The notes: generated by a model not told the origin, from the letters alone. 64,000 bases of DNA from an uncultured Candidatus Saccharibacteria bacterium (GCA_964353135.1 CAYGTV010000001.1:18696-82695), one strand, 5' to 3'; positions 47,261 to 57,800 are shown, counted from the stretch's first letter. Numbers and translations: made by a program.

Positions 47261-49504
47261 ATGTATTTAAAAGAACTCACAATCAACGGTTTTAAGTCGT
47301 TCGCTAAAAAAAGCGAGCTAGAATTCTCATCCCCGATCACTGCTATCGTTGGACCTAATGGTTCGGGAAAAAGTAACGTCGCTGAATCATTTCGGTTTGT
47401 GCTGGGTGAACAGTCGGTCAAGTCACTGCGGGGTAAAAAGGGTGAGGACCTCATTTGGGGTGGTTCAGAGAGCAGCGCTCGTGGCAATAGGGCAAGTGTC
47501 TCGATTGTGTTTGATAACAGTAGCCGAGCATTTGCGCTGGATTATGACGAGATCACCATCGAACGCATCGTGCATCGCGACGGTCAAAATGAATATAAAT
47601 TGAACGGAACAGCTGTTCGACTTAAAGATATTCACGAATTGTTGGCTGAAGCGCACATTGGATCGACTGGTCATCACATTATTTCTCAAGGTGAAGCTGA
47701 TCGAGTGATTTCAGCTGGCACCAAAGAACGTCGGGAAATGATCGAAGATGCACTCGGACTCAAGGTGTACCAAATCAAGAAAGCTGACGCGGCGCGTAAG
47801 CTGCAAAAGACCCAAGAAAACATTACTCAAGTTGCGTCACTGCGTCGTGAAGCCGCCCCTCATTTAAAATATTTAAAAAAGCAGGTCGAGCGAGCTGAGC
47901 GCTCTTTAGCAGTACAAACGGAATTAAAAAATGTATACGCCGAGTATCTGAAACGAGAAGATCTATATCTCGCTCAGCGATATGACGAGTTGATCACTAA
48001 CCTACGAGTGCCCAAATCAGAGTTGCAGACCGTGACAGAGAGTATTGCAAAACTCAAAGTTGAACTGGCTGAACTAACACAGGTCCAAGATACTACAGCT
48101 CGTGACGCAGCCGATCAAACCCTGCAGCAAGTACGAACAGAGAGGGTTGCTGCTGAGCGTGCCTTAAGCACCTTAGAGGGTCAAATTGCTCTGCTAGAGC
48201 GACGGATTGCCCAGTCTCAGCAACCAGCGGCAGAAGCGCCACAACTCATCCCTCGGGCGAAACTGCAGGCCCTGGTTGCGAGTATTAAAGCTTCAGCTGA
48301 AAAAGCCCTCAATCGTCAGGATGCTAGTACTGTAGAGCGGACATTGCGTGACGTAATTAGTCAGTTGACTCAATTTATCGATCGTGAAGAAGTATTCAAG
48401 GTTGATACAAGTGCGGCTGACCAGGCAGAGATGCAGTCAGTTTTGAAACAAATCCCAGCAGCCAGAGAAGAACTCGAGCAGGTACAGCAAAGGGAGGTCG
48501 AAGCAAGTGCGGCTTTGGCTGCCGCTCGTCAGGACTTAGAGCAGCAATCTAACCAGCATCACGAGTCGGAACGAACCTTGTTTTCACAACTGGGAAGAGA
48601 GCGTGAATTGCAACAAGAGGTTCGTTCGATTGAGACTGAATTACAAGTGATTGAACGTGATCGTGACGAATTTAAACGCGAATTACAAGAAGCCGTTACG
48701 CTGCTCGGTCGTGGAGCCTCAGACTATTTGTCATACGTAGTAAAAAACGAAGCTGGAGAACCTCAACCTGATGAGGAGATTATGTCAGAGGACCGGCAAG
48801 TACAGCGCGAACGTAGACGTAACCTAGAGCGACTCAAAATTCGTTTGGAGGAACTTGGTGTAGGAGCGACCGATGACCTGTTAAAAGAATACAAAGAAGC
48901 GCAAGAACGAGATGAATTCTTGGCCAAAGAAACCGCAGACCTTGAATCTTCGGTAGAGAACCTTAACTCTTTGGTGGCAGATATGGACGCTCAACTACAC
49001 GAGCAGTTTGTAGCTGGTATTGAAAAAATCGCTACCGAGTTTAACCGGTTTTTCACACTTATGTTCGGTGGAGGTGAAGCGAAACTAGAGCGTGTAAAAC
49101 TTAAACAGACTAGTGAAGATGACGAGGAAGCCGACCAGTCGCTTATCGAAGAGGGGGTTGATCTACACGTAGCGCTACCTAATAAACGCGTGAAAGGATT
49201 GCAGATGTTGTCAGGCGGGGAGCGAGCACTGACTTCAATTGCGCTTATTTTTGCGATGAGTCAGGTAAATCCTCCTCCGTTTATTATTCTTGACGAGACT
49301 GATGCGGCGCTCGATGAGGCTAACAGTCGTCGCTATGGTGACATGATTGAAGCGTTAGCGCAGAAATCTCAGCTGGTACTCATTACTCATAACCGTGAGA
49401 CCATGAGTCGAGCCGGAATCCTCTATGGAATTACGATGGGAAGTGACGGAATTTCAAAAGTGCTGTCGGTTAAGTTCGATGAAGCAGCTGCAAATGCGAA
49501 GTAA
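47261..49504 (+). CDS. smc: SMC-family chromosome segregation ATPase (short, hinge not recognisable)
   Basis: N-terminal Walker A GPNGSGKSN; QGEADRVISAGTKERREMIEDALG matches the SMC N-head motif; C-terminal LSGGERALTSIALIFAM...ILDETDAALD signature/Walker B; about 450 aa of coiled coil between; only 747 aa. Confidence 0.75.
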   Translation: MYLKELTINGFKSFAKKSELEFSSPITAIVGPNGSGKSNVAESFRFVLGEQSVKSLRGKKGEDLIWGGSESSARGNRASVSIVFDNSSRAFALDYDEITIERIVHRDGQNEYKLNGTAVRLKDIHELLAEAHIGSTGHHIISQGEADRVISAGTKERREMIEDALGLKVYQIKKADAARKLQKTQENITQVASLRREAAPHLKYLKKQVERAERSLAVQTELKNVYAEYLKREDLYLAQRYDELITNLRVPKSELQTVTESIAKLKVELAELTQVQDTTARDAADQTLQQVRTERVAAERALSTLEGQIALLERRIAQSQQPAAEAPQLIPRAKLQALVASIKASAEKALNRQDASTVERTLRDVISQLTQFIDREEVFKVDTSAADQAEMQSVLKQIPAAREELEQVQQREVEASAALAAARQDLEQQSNQHHESERTLFSQLGRERELQQEVRSIETELQVIERDRDEFKRELQEAVTLLGRGASDYLSYVVKNEAGEPQPDEEIMSEDRQVQRERRRNLERLKIRLEELGVGATDDLLKEYKEAQERDEFLAKETADLESSVENLNSLVADMDAQLHEQFVAGIEKIATEFNRFFTLMFGGGEAKLERVKLKQTSEDDEEADQSLIEEGVDLHVALPNKRVKGLQMLSGGERALTSIALIFAMSQVNPPPFIILDETDAALDEANSRRYGDMIEALAQKSQLVLITHNRETMSRAGILYGITMGSDGISKVLSVKFDEAAANAK

Positions 49505-49756
49505 CTTTTTGTTTTATCTAGCAGTTACAGTATTTCGGGTGTAACAAAAAGTGAGGTGATAATCGTGGCAGCTAATTCTAAAGTCCAGGTTGATAGTGGA
49601 GGTGATAATCCTCGATTCTCAGTTTTGGGTCAAAGCAGGCTTCTTCGTAGTCGTCTACCCAAAGAGGTAGACAAACAGCCAGAAGACAGTGGTGTGTCAC
49701 AGACTGTCTCTGTCAGGAAAAACAACACTGACTTGTGGCTAGAGTTATAGCAAACA

Positions 49757-49784
49757 GGCGCGCAAGGAAATCTCCTTGCGCGCC
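49757..49784. terminator. bidirectional hairpin between convergent smc and rnr
   Basis: ggcgcgcaagga aatc tccttgcgcgcc, a perfect 12-bp stem. Confidence 0.55.
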
Positions 49785-49803
49785 TAAATCGTTTCGATAG
49801 TAA

Positions 49804-51738
49804 CTACTGAACCATCTCAAAATCCAACTGTCTCTCTTCTGCATCAGCTCGAACTAGTTTTACCTTTACTACGTCACCGAGTCGGTATACCTTGCCGGTC
49901 TTCTGGCCTTTGATGTGGTATTTCTTGGCGATGTGTTCAAAGAAATCTCCCTTGAGACTAGAAAGTTTCACCATCCCTTCACAGAGGGCTTCTTGCTCTT
50001 GGACATAGATACCCCAATCAGCTACCCCAGTAATGATGCCTTCAAACTCATCCCCAATCTTGTTCATCATGTATTCAACTTGCTTGAATTTGATTGAGTC
50101 ACGCTCAGCTTTTGTAGCTTCATTTTCTTTTTCCGAAGAGTGTAGACATGTCGTTTCAAGCGCTCCCAGTGCCTGCGGTCCGATGTTGACGCCGTCTAGG
50201 TGCTTTCGTAGTAGTCGGTGAGCTAGTAAGTCAGGATACCGCCGAATAGGCGAGGTGAAGTGTGAGTAGTACTTAAACGCTAGTCCAAAGTGACCGATAT
50301 TGCGGGTAGAGTAGATCGCCTTGGCCATACTCCGGATAGCAGCAGTTTTGATCAGGTTTTCTTCGGGTTTGCCTTCAACTGCGTGCATCAGTTGGTTGAT
50401 GGCTTTGGCCCCAACCATTCCTTTGTCGGTTTCAAAGTCGTACCCAAGAGCACGGACAAATGTCGCCAGTTCTTCAATCCTGTCTGGGTTTGGGTTGTCG
50501 TGGATTCGGTACACAAACGCCAGTTCTTTGTCGAGTTTCTTTCCTAGGTCGTTCACGTGTTTTGACACTTCACGGTTGGCGAGCAACATAAAGTCCTCGA
50601 TCATCATCATAGTTTCAGTTCGATCTTTTTTGTAGGCTCGGATTGGTGCTCCCCGTTCATCTAGTTCGAATTTAACTTCTGGTTGTTCAAAGGCAATTGC
50701 TCCGTCTTTGTATCGTTGGGTTCGTAGTTTTCGCCCGAGCGTCATCATGGTTGTTAGTTCGTCAAAATATTCACCAGCACCATCATCAAGGATTTTCTGG
50801 GCGTCTTGGTAACTAAACCGTTTGTCAGAGTGGATCACGGTTTGTCCGTACCACTCATCTACAACTTCTGCCTCTGGAGTCAATTCAAAAATCGCTGAAA
50901 AGGCCAATCGGTCTTCGTTTGGACGAAGTGAACACAGGTCGTTACTAAGGATCTCAGGCAACATCGGAATCACTCGGTCTACTAGGTAGATCGAAGTTGC
51001 TCGCTCTTTTGCTTCTTTGTCGAGGATTTCTCCCTCGACCACATAGTGCGATACGTCCGCAATGTGAATTCCAATAGAGACGTTTCCATTTGGCAAAGTT
51101 TCTATCGATAGAGCATCGTCAAAGTCTTTGGCATCATGCGGGTCAATGGTCATTGTTGTAACTCCTCGGACATCGCGTCGTTTTGGATCAGCTAGAGCGT
51201 CAGCAAAAATCTGGTCCTGGCGGTCGTACAGATCCTGGGCAGCTTCTTGGACAGCAGTAGGGAAATCAGTACCAAAACCACCAGAACGAATAATCGCCTG
51301 CATTTCAGTTTCATGGTCTCCGGCTCGTCCTAGTGTCTCGACAATTTTTCCAATCGGGTCGGTGTGCGGGCTGGTCCAGCTTTCGATCTCGACTGCGACT
51401 TTCATGTCCATATCGTTTACGTCAGTGTCAGGAAGCAGGGGACGGATGTGGATTCGGTGGTTATCAGGTGCAAGGTATCGCATTGGCTGGCCATCGACTT
51501 CTTTTTCTTTTACAACTCCGATCAGCTCGCGGTGCGCTTGGTGAATTACTTTCACAACTTTTCCACCCGCTCGTCGTCCAAGTACTGGTGGATTGATTTC
51601 TAATTCAACCATGTCACCATCAAGTGCAAACCCTAAATCTTCCTTGTTAACAATCAGGTCCTCTTCGTAGTCGTCATGCTTTACAAATCCGGTACCTTTC
51701 CCTCGGACAAGAATCTGTCCCTCAATAGTTGTAGTCAT
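49804..51738 (-). CDS. rnr: ribonuclease R / VacB (RNB-family 3'-5' exoribonuclease)
   Basis: N-terminal cold-shock/OB region, central RNB catalytic domain, C-terminal S1 domain; 644 aa. Confidence 0.85.
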   Translation of the reverse strand: MTTTIEGQILVRGKGTGFVKHDDYEEDLIVNKEDLGFALDGDMVELEINPPVLGRRAGGKVVKVIHQAHRELIGVVKEKEVDGQPMRYLAPDNHRIHIRPLLPDTDVNDMDMKVAVEIESWTSPHTDPIGKIVETLGRAGDHETEMQAIIRSGGFGTDFPTAVQEAAQDLYDRQDQIFADALADPKRRDVRGVTTMTIDPHDAKDFDDALSIETLPNGNVSIGIHIADVSHYVVEGEILDKEAKERATSIYLVDRVIPMLPEILSNDLCSLRPNEDRLAFSAIFELTPEAEVVDEWYGQTVIHSDKRFSYQDAQKILDDGAGEYFDELTTMMTLGRKLRTQRYKDGAIAFEQPEVKFELDERGAPIRAYKKDRTETMMMIEDFMLLANREVSKHVNDLGKKLDKELAFVYRIHDNPNPDRIEELATFVRALGYDFETDKGMVGAKAINQLMHAVEGKPEENLIKTAAIRSMAKAIYSTRNIGHFGLAFKYYSHFTSPIRRYPDLLAHRLLRKHLDGVNIGPQALGALETTCLHSSEKENEATKAERDSIKFKQVEYMMNKIGDEFEGIITGVADWGIYVQEQEALCEGMVKLSSLKGDFFEHIAKKYHIKGQKTGKVYRLGDVVKVKLVRADAEERQLDFEMVQ

Positions 51739-51921
51739 AGATGAGCGAAGTATAACAGGTAAGCCTTGTTTTTCCAGCTTTCTTTTTCTATTGACCTTTC
51801 TACATATTCTTGCATGAATAAACGGGTGTAGCGATTATTATGAATTTAGTTCCAAATTTACTTATTTCCTAAAGTAAATTTCTGGAACATGTCGTATTGC
51901 ATTACATTGGTGATTTAGCTA

Positions 51922-51949
51922 TTGACGTGTCTTATTTATCTGATAAGAT
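51922..51949 (+). promoter_or_regulatory. sigma70-like promoter of the rpsP operon (TTGACG-16-TGaTAAGAT extended -10)
   Basis: TTGACG at 51922-51927, a 16-nt spacer, TAAGAT at 51944-51949 preceded by TG; the first ATG of rpsP is at 51959, implying a very short leader. Confidence 0.45.
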
Positions 51950-51958
51950 TCGCGCACT

Positions 51959-52411
51959 ATGTTAATGATGCGTTTACAACGAGTTGGTCGAAAGAACGAC
52001 CCTGCCTACCGTATTGTCGTTACAGACAAGCGGACTGGTGTGAAGAGCGACAAGCATGTCGATCGAATTGGCTCATACAACCCAAAACTGGGTACTATTA
52101 TTCTAGATAAAGATAAAGCCAAACAATGGCTGTCTCAAGGTGTTCAGGCGTCTGGAACTATGCACAATATTCTTGTGTCTGAAGGTGTGATTGATGCTAA
52201 AAAGATCAACGTTCTACCAAAGAAATCTCCAATTATCGACGAAGAAGCGATCAAAAAAGCTGAGGAAGAAGCAGCCGCAAAAGCAGCCGCTGAAGCCGAA
52301 GCAGAAACTCCAGCCGAAGAGGCTGCAACAGAGTCAGCAGAGGAAACTCCAGCCGAAGAACCAGCCCCAGAAGCTGAAACACAAGCAGCTGAGGAAGAGG
52401 TAAAGGCGTAA
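51959..52411 (+). CDS. rpsP: ribosomal protein S16 with Ala/Glu/Pro-rich C-terminal extension
   Basis: MRLQRVGRKNDPAYRIVVTDKRTGVKSDKHVDRIGSYNP is the S16 core, followed by a ~70-aa low-complexity acidic tail. Start uncertain among ATGs at 51959, 51965 and 51968. Confidence 0.8.
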   Translation: MLMMRLQRVGRKNDPAYRIVVTDKRTGVKSDKHVDRIGSYNPKLGTIILDKDKAKQWLSQGVQASGTMHNILVSEGVIDAKKINVLPKKSPIIDEEAIKKAEEEAAAKAAAEAEAETPAEEAATESAEETPAEEPAPEAETQAAEEEVKA

Positions 52412-52521
52412 CCTACGCATCATCTTGTGCACCGACCGTACGTTGACTCGTGCGGTCGTGTTGCGTATTATTTTAGTAGCCAGCACATATTTTGTGTAAA
52501 GCTTATACATAACGATAAGAA

Positions 52522-52887
52522 ATGAATATGGATCAGCACGAAGATAAGCAATTTCTAGAAACGGTAGTAAAATCACTGGTAGATTACCCTGAATCAGTCA
52601 AAATCAATCGAACTGTCGACGAGATGGGTGTTTTGCTCACGCTCGACGTACACGCGGACGATATGGGTAAAATCATTGGTCGCAGCGGAAACACCGCTAA
52701 AGCCATCCGAACTCTCTTACGAGTAGTAGGGATGAAGCACGACGCCCGAGTCAATCTCAAAATCAACGAACCAGAAGGAGGACGACAAATGGACGAAGAA
52801 ACCGCACAAGTGATGCAAGAAGATAATGGTGGTTCAGCAGACGTTGAAAAAAGCCTCGATGATGCCATTGCTGACCTCAAAATCTAG
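52522..52887 (+). CDS. KH-domain RNA-binding protein (KhpA/YlqC-like, UPF0109)
   Basis: VDYPESVKINRTVDEMGVLLTLDVHADDMGKIIGRSGNTAKAIRTLLRVVG is a KH fold with the GxxG loop; conserved position after rpsP; extended C-terminus. Confidence 0.75.
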   Translation: MNMDQHEDKQFLETVVKSLVDYPESVKINRTVDEMGVLLTLDVHADDMGKIIGRSGNTAKAIRTLLRVVGMKHDARVNLKINEPEGGRQMDEETAQVMQEDNGGSADVEKSLDDAIADLKI

Positions 52888-53029
52888 CCAGAAAAGTAAA
52901 ATCGACGAACTTCTTTGTCAGCTAATCGTAAAATAGTCTTCACCGTACACTTGTACGACTCAAACTATTTTTCTCAGCTTCCTCGAGTTTCATTCAATTA
53001 TACTTCTCTGGAAATGTAGAGATATATAC

Positions 53030-53065
53030 AAAACAAGCGCGACCCTTCGGGTCGGGCTTGTTTTG
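53030..53065 (+). terminator. rho-independent terminator after the KH-protein gene
   Basis: caagcgcgaccc ttcg ggtcgggcttg followed by ttttg. Confidence 0.55.
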
Positions 53066-53080
53066 TGCTAGAGTTTCAGT

Positions 53081-53347
53081 ATGAAAAAGGTCGCCATCAT
53101 CCTCAATACAATTGTTTTTTGCTTCTTTATTTTTATTGTTTTAAATGAAGGTTCAGGATTTGATTACCTCTGGGAATTTGTAATGTTTCTGATCGTTATC
53201 ACTTCGCCTTTGCTCAATAACTATCTATTGATTTCATATAAAGAACACACTTCCAAAAATAATAAGGGATATATCGCTACATATATTGAACGAAAGAAAC
53301 TTGAGGAAGAAAAAAAGATCGCAGACCTCAAAAAAGACATTCCATGA
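53081..53347 (+). CDS. hypothetical small membrane protein
   Basis: Two predicted TM helices; 88 aa; its stop overlaps the trmD start (ATGA). Confidence 0.4.
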   Translation: MKKVAIILNTIVFCFFIFIVLNEGSGFDYLWEFVMFLIVITSPLLNNYLLISYKEHTSKNNKGYIATYIERKKLEEEKKIADLKKDIP

Positions 53348-54021
53348 ACTTCCACGTCATCACATTATTCCCAGACATCTGTAAAGCGTATACTGACGCG
53401 AGTGTTTTAGGCCGGGCGCAGAAGACTGACAAAGGGAAAGGGGCCAAGGTGCGTGGGAAGAAGATCGATGTTAGTTACTACAACCCACGAGACTTTGCGA
53501 ACAACAAACACAAAAAGGTGGATGATAAACCATATGGTGGTGGTCCAGGGATGGTGATGGCTGCAGAGCCAGTCCTCAAAGCCTGGCAAAAAGCAGTGGG
53601 GAGGAAGAAGGACCAAAAGAAGGTGAAGACACTTATTATGTCTCCTCGTGGGACAGTATTTACCCAAGAGTTGGCGAAACAGTACGCTAAAAAATACGAT
53701 CACTTAGTGCTGATTTCAGGACGGTATGAAGGAATCGATGCTCGGGTAAAAACAGCGCTCAAAGCAGAGGAGGTAAGCGTGGGTGACTACATCCTCACCG
53801 GGGGCGAACTACCAGCTCTTACAATCATCGACAGTGTCTCACGCCAGGTGCCTGGCGTGCTTGGTGACATCGATTCGCTCGAAGATGACCGAAACACAAT
53901 CGGTGAATGCTACACACGCCCAGAAACAATTGAATTTAAGAAAAAGAAATATAAGGTTCCTGAGGTTTTTTTAGGAGGGAACCATGCTGAAATTGAACGT
54001 TGGCGTTCTGGGGAGAAATAA
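53344..54021 (+). CDS. trmD: tRNA (guanine37-N1)-methyltransferase
   Basis: MNFHVITLFPDI N-terminus; VDDKPYGGGPGMVM SAM-binding loop; 225 aa with a Lys-rich insertion. Confidence 0.85.
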   Translation: MNFHVITLFPDICKAYTDASVLGRAQKTDKGKGAKVRGKKIDVSYYNPRDFANNKHKKVDDKPYGGGPGMVMAAEPVLKAWQKAVGRKKDQKKVKTLIMSPRGTVFTQELAKQYAKKYDHLVLISGRYEGIDARVKTALKAEEVSVGDYILTGGELPALTIIDSVSRQVPGVLGDIDSLEDDRNTIGECYTRPETIEFKKKKYKVPEVFLGGNHAEIERWRSGEK

Positions 54022-54035
54022 TCAGACAGTAGAAA

Positions 54036-54060
54036 GAGCGACCTAGCGGGTCGCCCTTTG
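54036..54060. terminator. hairpin between convergent trmD and the 121-aa gene
   Basis: gcgacc tagc gggtcgc followed by cctttg on the plus strand. Confidence 0.4.
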
Positions 54061-54080
54061 TTCTGTGTGTCAATCAAAAC

Positions 54081-54446
54081 TTAGCTCTCGATACCACACT
54101 CTACTGAGAAAAACTCTTCAAGTGTGTCGTAATGCTTAACGTTTTTATGTTCAACAGCAGTTAGTGAACCTTCTAGAGGTCCAACATAGAAAAGCTTCTT
54201 ACCAAGACCGAAAGCAATTCCAAATTCTGCCCAAGCGCCTTTTTGGACATCTCCAGGCTCTGAATACAGCAAAAGTCCTTCAGACCCTTGTATATCTCTC
54301 AGGATATTGTCCCAGTGTCCAGTCTGATCAGTCAAACGACCTTGATCAAATTTATCTAACCAGCTTGAGGTCACCTCAACGCCCCGACTCTTCCAGTCCA
54401 TCCAGATGGGCGCATGTTTGCTTTTTGATGCACAGTATACTTTCAT
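54081..54446 (-). CDS. hypothetical protein, possibly nucleoside 2-deoxyribosyltransferase-like fold
   Basis: 121 aa. KVYCASKS...LLLYSEPGDVQKGAWAEFGIAFGLGKKLFYVG loosely matches the NDT-family pattern D.G...E.G.A.A.GK.V; low confidence. Confidence 0.35.
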   Translation of the reverse strand: MKVYCASKSKHAPIWMDWKSRGVEVTSSWLDKFDQGRLTDQTGHWDNILRDIQGSEGLLLYSEPGDVQKGAWAEFGIAFGLGKKLFYVGPLEGSLTAVEHKNVKHYDTLEEFFSVECGIES

Positions 54447-54500
54447 ATTATTTCCCTAATTTAACTGTTTCAAAATTTACACTATCACTATTTTTTAAGC

Positions 54501-54528
54501 TTGCAAACATTTTGATATGCCGTATACT
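54501..54528 (+). promoter_or_regulatory. sigma70-like promoter upstream of rpoB (TTGCAA-16-TATACT), giving a ~300-nt leader
   Basis: TTGCAA at 54501-54506, a 16-nt spacer, TATACT at 54523-54528; the leader contains a weak GCGC/GCGC hairpin with a T-run and a GC-rich structured segment before the rpoB ATG. Confidence 0.4.
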
Positions 54529-54837
54529 GCTGTCCACATACGCAGTGATGCATTCTCGGATGAGTTGTGATTGGGAGATGTTCAAAGCGGAGGTATATTC
54601 ACACGTCAGTGATGTTTTTATTATTCCGATAGAACAGAATAAACTATACGTAAGCGCCTCAAGCGCCGATTTTTGTTTGTCTGTTTTGTCTTTATTTCAT
54701 TCATAAATTGGATGGAGGTGCGCTGGTTGCTGTATCCGGAGCGAGGGAGACGTGTCGAGCACACGGTGACCGAGCGACTGATGCAACACCAGTGCAGATC
54801 CGCCGATTTTGGAGGAAATAATTAAGTCGCACTATAT

Positions 54838-57800
54838 ATGGAACAACGAGAAGAAATGTCTGTAGGACACATGCCCCAAAAGCGATTTGAGAAAGCGCAC
54901 GCTCCTCGAATCCCGCTGCCAGACCTCATTGAACCACAACGTGAATCATTCACGTGGTTTGTAGAAACTGCCCTCAAGGAAATTTTCAAAGAATTTTCTC
55001 CAATTGCAGACTACTCTGAAAAGAAATTTGAATTGGCCTTTAAAAAGTATGAATTGGGTGAGCCAAAATACACACCAGATTTTGCCAAAGCCAACAAGCG
55101 AACCTACGAAGCACCACTACGTGCGACAGTAGTTTTGAAAAACAAAACGTTTGAATCAGAGAAAGAACAAGAAATCTTTATGGCGGATGTGCCAGTGATG
55201 ACAAACAACGGTACGTTTATCATCAACGGTGTAGAGCGTGTAATCGTGCCGCAACTCGCGCGATCATACGGTATCTTTTTCACCGCCGCTGACGTCAAAG
55301 GAAAAACTATGTTTGGTGCGAAGATCATCCCGGCTCGTGGAGCCTGGGTTGAAATCGAATCAGAAGCTGGTGGTATCATTGTTGTTAAAATCGACCGTAA
55401 GAAGAAGTTCCCAATCACTTCACTTTTGCGAGTCCTTGGTGTCGAAAAAGATGCTGACATGATCAAACTCGTAAAAGGGGTTGATCGTGGGGAGGAATAC
55501 ATCAAAGCAACTCTAGAGAAAGATCCCGCAAAAACCACTGACGATGCGTACATCGAAATCTATAAACGATTACGTGACGGTGACCTTGCAACTGTAGACA
55601 ACGCGCGAGAGTTCGTAAAATCTATTTTTGCACCAGAGCGATACGACCTGTCTGAAATCGGACGGCATCACTTTAACGAACGAAACGGCCTGCCAACTGA
55701 TGCAAAAGCAACTGCACAGCGAACCGTGTCTATCGATGACATGCGACTGATCCTCGAGCACATCATCAAGTCAAACCACGACATTAATGCGACACCAGAC
55801 GATATCGACCACCTCGGGTTCCGTCGAGTGCGGTACTTTGGAGAAATGTTGCAACAGCGGGTACGAGTTGGTATGACTCGAATGAAGCGAAACATTCAGG
55901 ACCGAATGTCGACTATCGAGGCAGAAACATCACTCCCGATGCAAATCGTAAACCCGCGCCCACTGCAGGCTGCAATCAAGGAATTCTACACAACTAACCA
56001 GTTGTCACAATTCTCACAACAGCAAAACATTTTGGCTGAAGTTGAACATTTGCGGACACTATCAGCGCTTGGACCTGGTGGACTAACTCGGGAACGAGCT
56101 GGGTTTGAAGTGCGTGACGTTCACCCGTCTCACTACGGACGATTGTGTCCAATCCATACTCCAGAAGGGCCAAACATTGGTCTGATTTTGCGACTCTCAA
56201 TGTACTCTCGAGTGAACCGATTTGGGATCATTGAAACGCCGTACATGAAAGTGGTCAAAGGAAAACTGACTGACGAAGTTACCTACATGAACGCTCACGA
56301 AGAAGAGCACTACACAATTGCACACTCAGCAATCGAGGTAGACGATAAAGGAAAAATCAAACCTGACTTTGTTGAAGCTCGAACAAAAGGCGAGCCGCGC
56401 TTAGTTGCGCGAGACGAGGTGCAGTACATCGACATTGCAACCAACCAGCCATTCTCAGTAGCAACATCAATGATTCCGTTTTTGAACCATGACGACGCGA
56501 ACCGTACGTTGATGGGATCAAACATGCAGAAGCAGTCGACACCGTGTATCATTCAAGAAGCACCGATTGTGGCGACTGGAGTAGAGGGAATGTCAGCGCG
56601 TGACGTTGGACGAGTTATCTACGCACATGACGCAGGGGAAGTGGTTGAGGCAGATGCGCAACAAGTAGTTATTAAAGAAAAGAACGGCAAAACTCGAGCG
56701 TATCCACTCTCACAACTACAGCGAACCAACGACTTTTCAGCCTTTCAACATCGACCGGCAGTGTCAGTGGGCACAAAAGTAAAACGAGGCGACCTACTTG
56801 CAGATACAACTTCAACTGACAACGGTCAGATTGCGGTTGGGCAAAACGCGATGGTGGCATTTATGTCATGGAACGGAGCAAACTACGAGGATGCGATCAT
56901 CATTTCTGAGCGATTGGTGAAAAAGAGTAAGTTCTCTTCAATCCACCTCGACGAACTCGAAGTAGCGGTGCGAGATACAAAATTAGGGCCAGAAGTCACA
57001 ACTCCTGACATTCCTAATGTGTCAGAACTGAAACTACGAAACCTGGACGAAACTGGAGTAATTCGAGTTGGAGCAGAGGTGCGACCAGGTGATATTCTGG
57101 TTGGAAAGGTAACTCCAAAGGGAGAAACCCAGCTAACTCCAGAAGAACGATTGCTACGATCGATCTTTGGTGAAAAAGCCAAAGACGTGAAAGACACATC
57201 TTTGCGGCTTGAAGCAGGGAAGCGTGGTCGCGTAATCGGAGTAAAGATCTTTACTCGGGAAAACGGAGACAACCTCGAAAGTGGTGTGATCAAAAAAATT
57301 CTCATTACTGTGGCTCAGGTACGAAACGTATCAGTTGGTGACAAGCTAGCTGGACGTCACGGTAACAAGGGTGTTATCTCTCGAATTCTGCCAGAAGAAG
57401 ATATGCCATACACAGCTGACGGAACTCCGGTCGACGTCCTGCTGACACCACTTGGAGTACCATCACGTATGAACCTCGGACAGATTCTAGAGCTTCACCT
57501 AGGGATGGCTGCAAATACGCTTGGATACCAGGCGATCGTGCCACCGTTTGCTGGAGCAGACGAGAACGATATTAAGGCCGAATTGAAAGCTGCAGGTCTA
57601 CCAGAAGACGGCAAGATCCAGCTACGAGACGGTCTAACTGGAGAAGAATTTGCCGAACGAACAGCGGTTGGATTCATGTATATCCTCAAACTTCACCACA
57701 TGGTAGAAGACAAGATCCACATGCGATCTATCGGACCATACTCTCTTATCACACAGCAGCCACTGGGAGGAAAGGCTCAGATCGGTGGACAGCGGTTTGG

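Noticed and set aside
54447-54837. A 390-nt ORF-free, GC-rich region upstream of rpoB, considered as RNase P RNA, tmRNA or SRP RNA
   Set aside because: None of the conserved blocks is present (GGAAAGUCCGG, ACAGAAACCCGGCUUA, the SRP GGAAGGAAGCAGC, a tmRNA tRNA-like end or tag ORF). It is more simply a promoter (TTGCAA-16-TATACT) plus a long structured rpoB leader. The track ORF 54164..54706 crossing it looks spurious.
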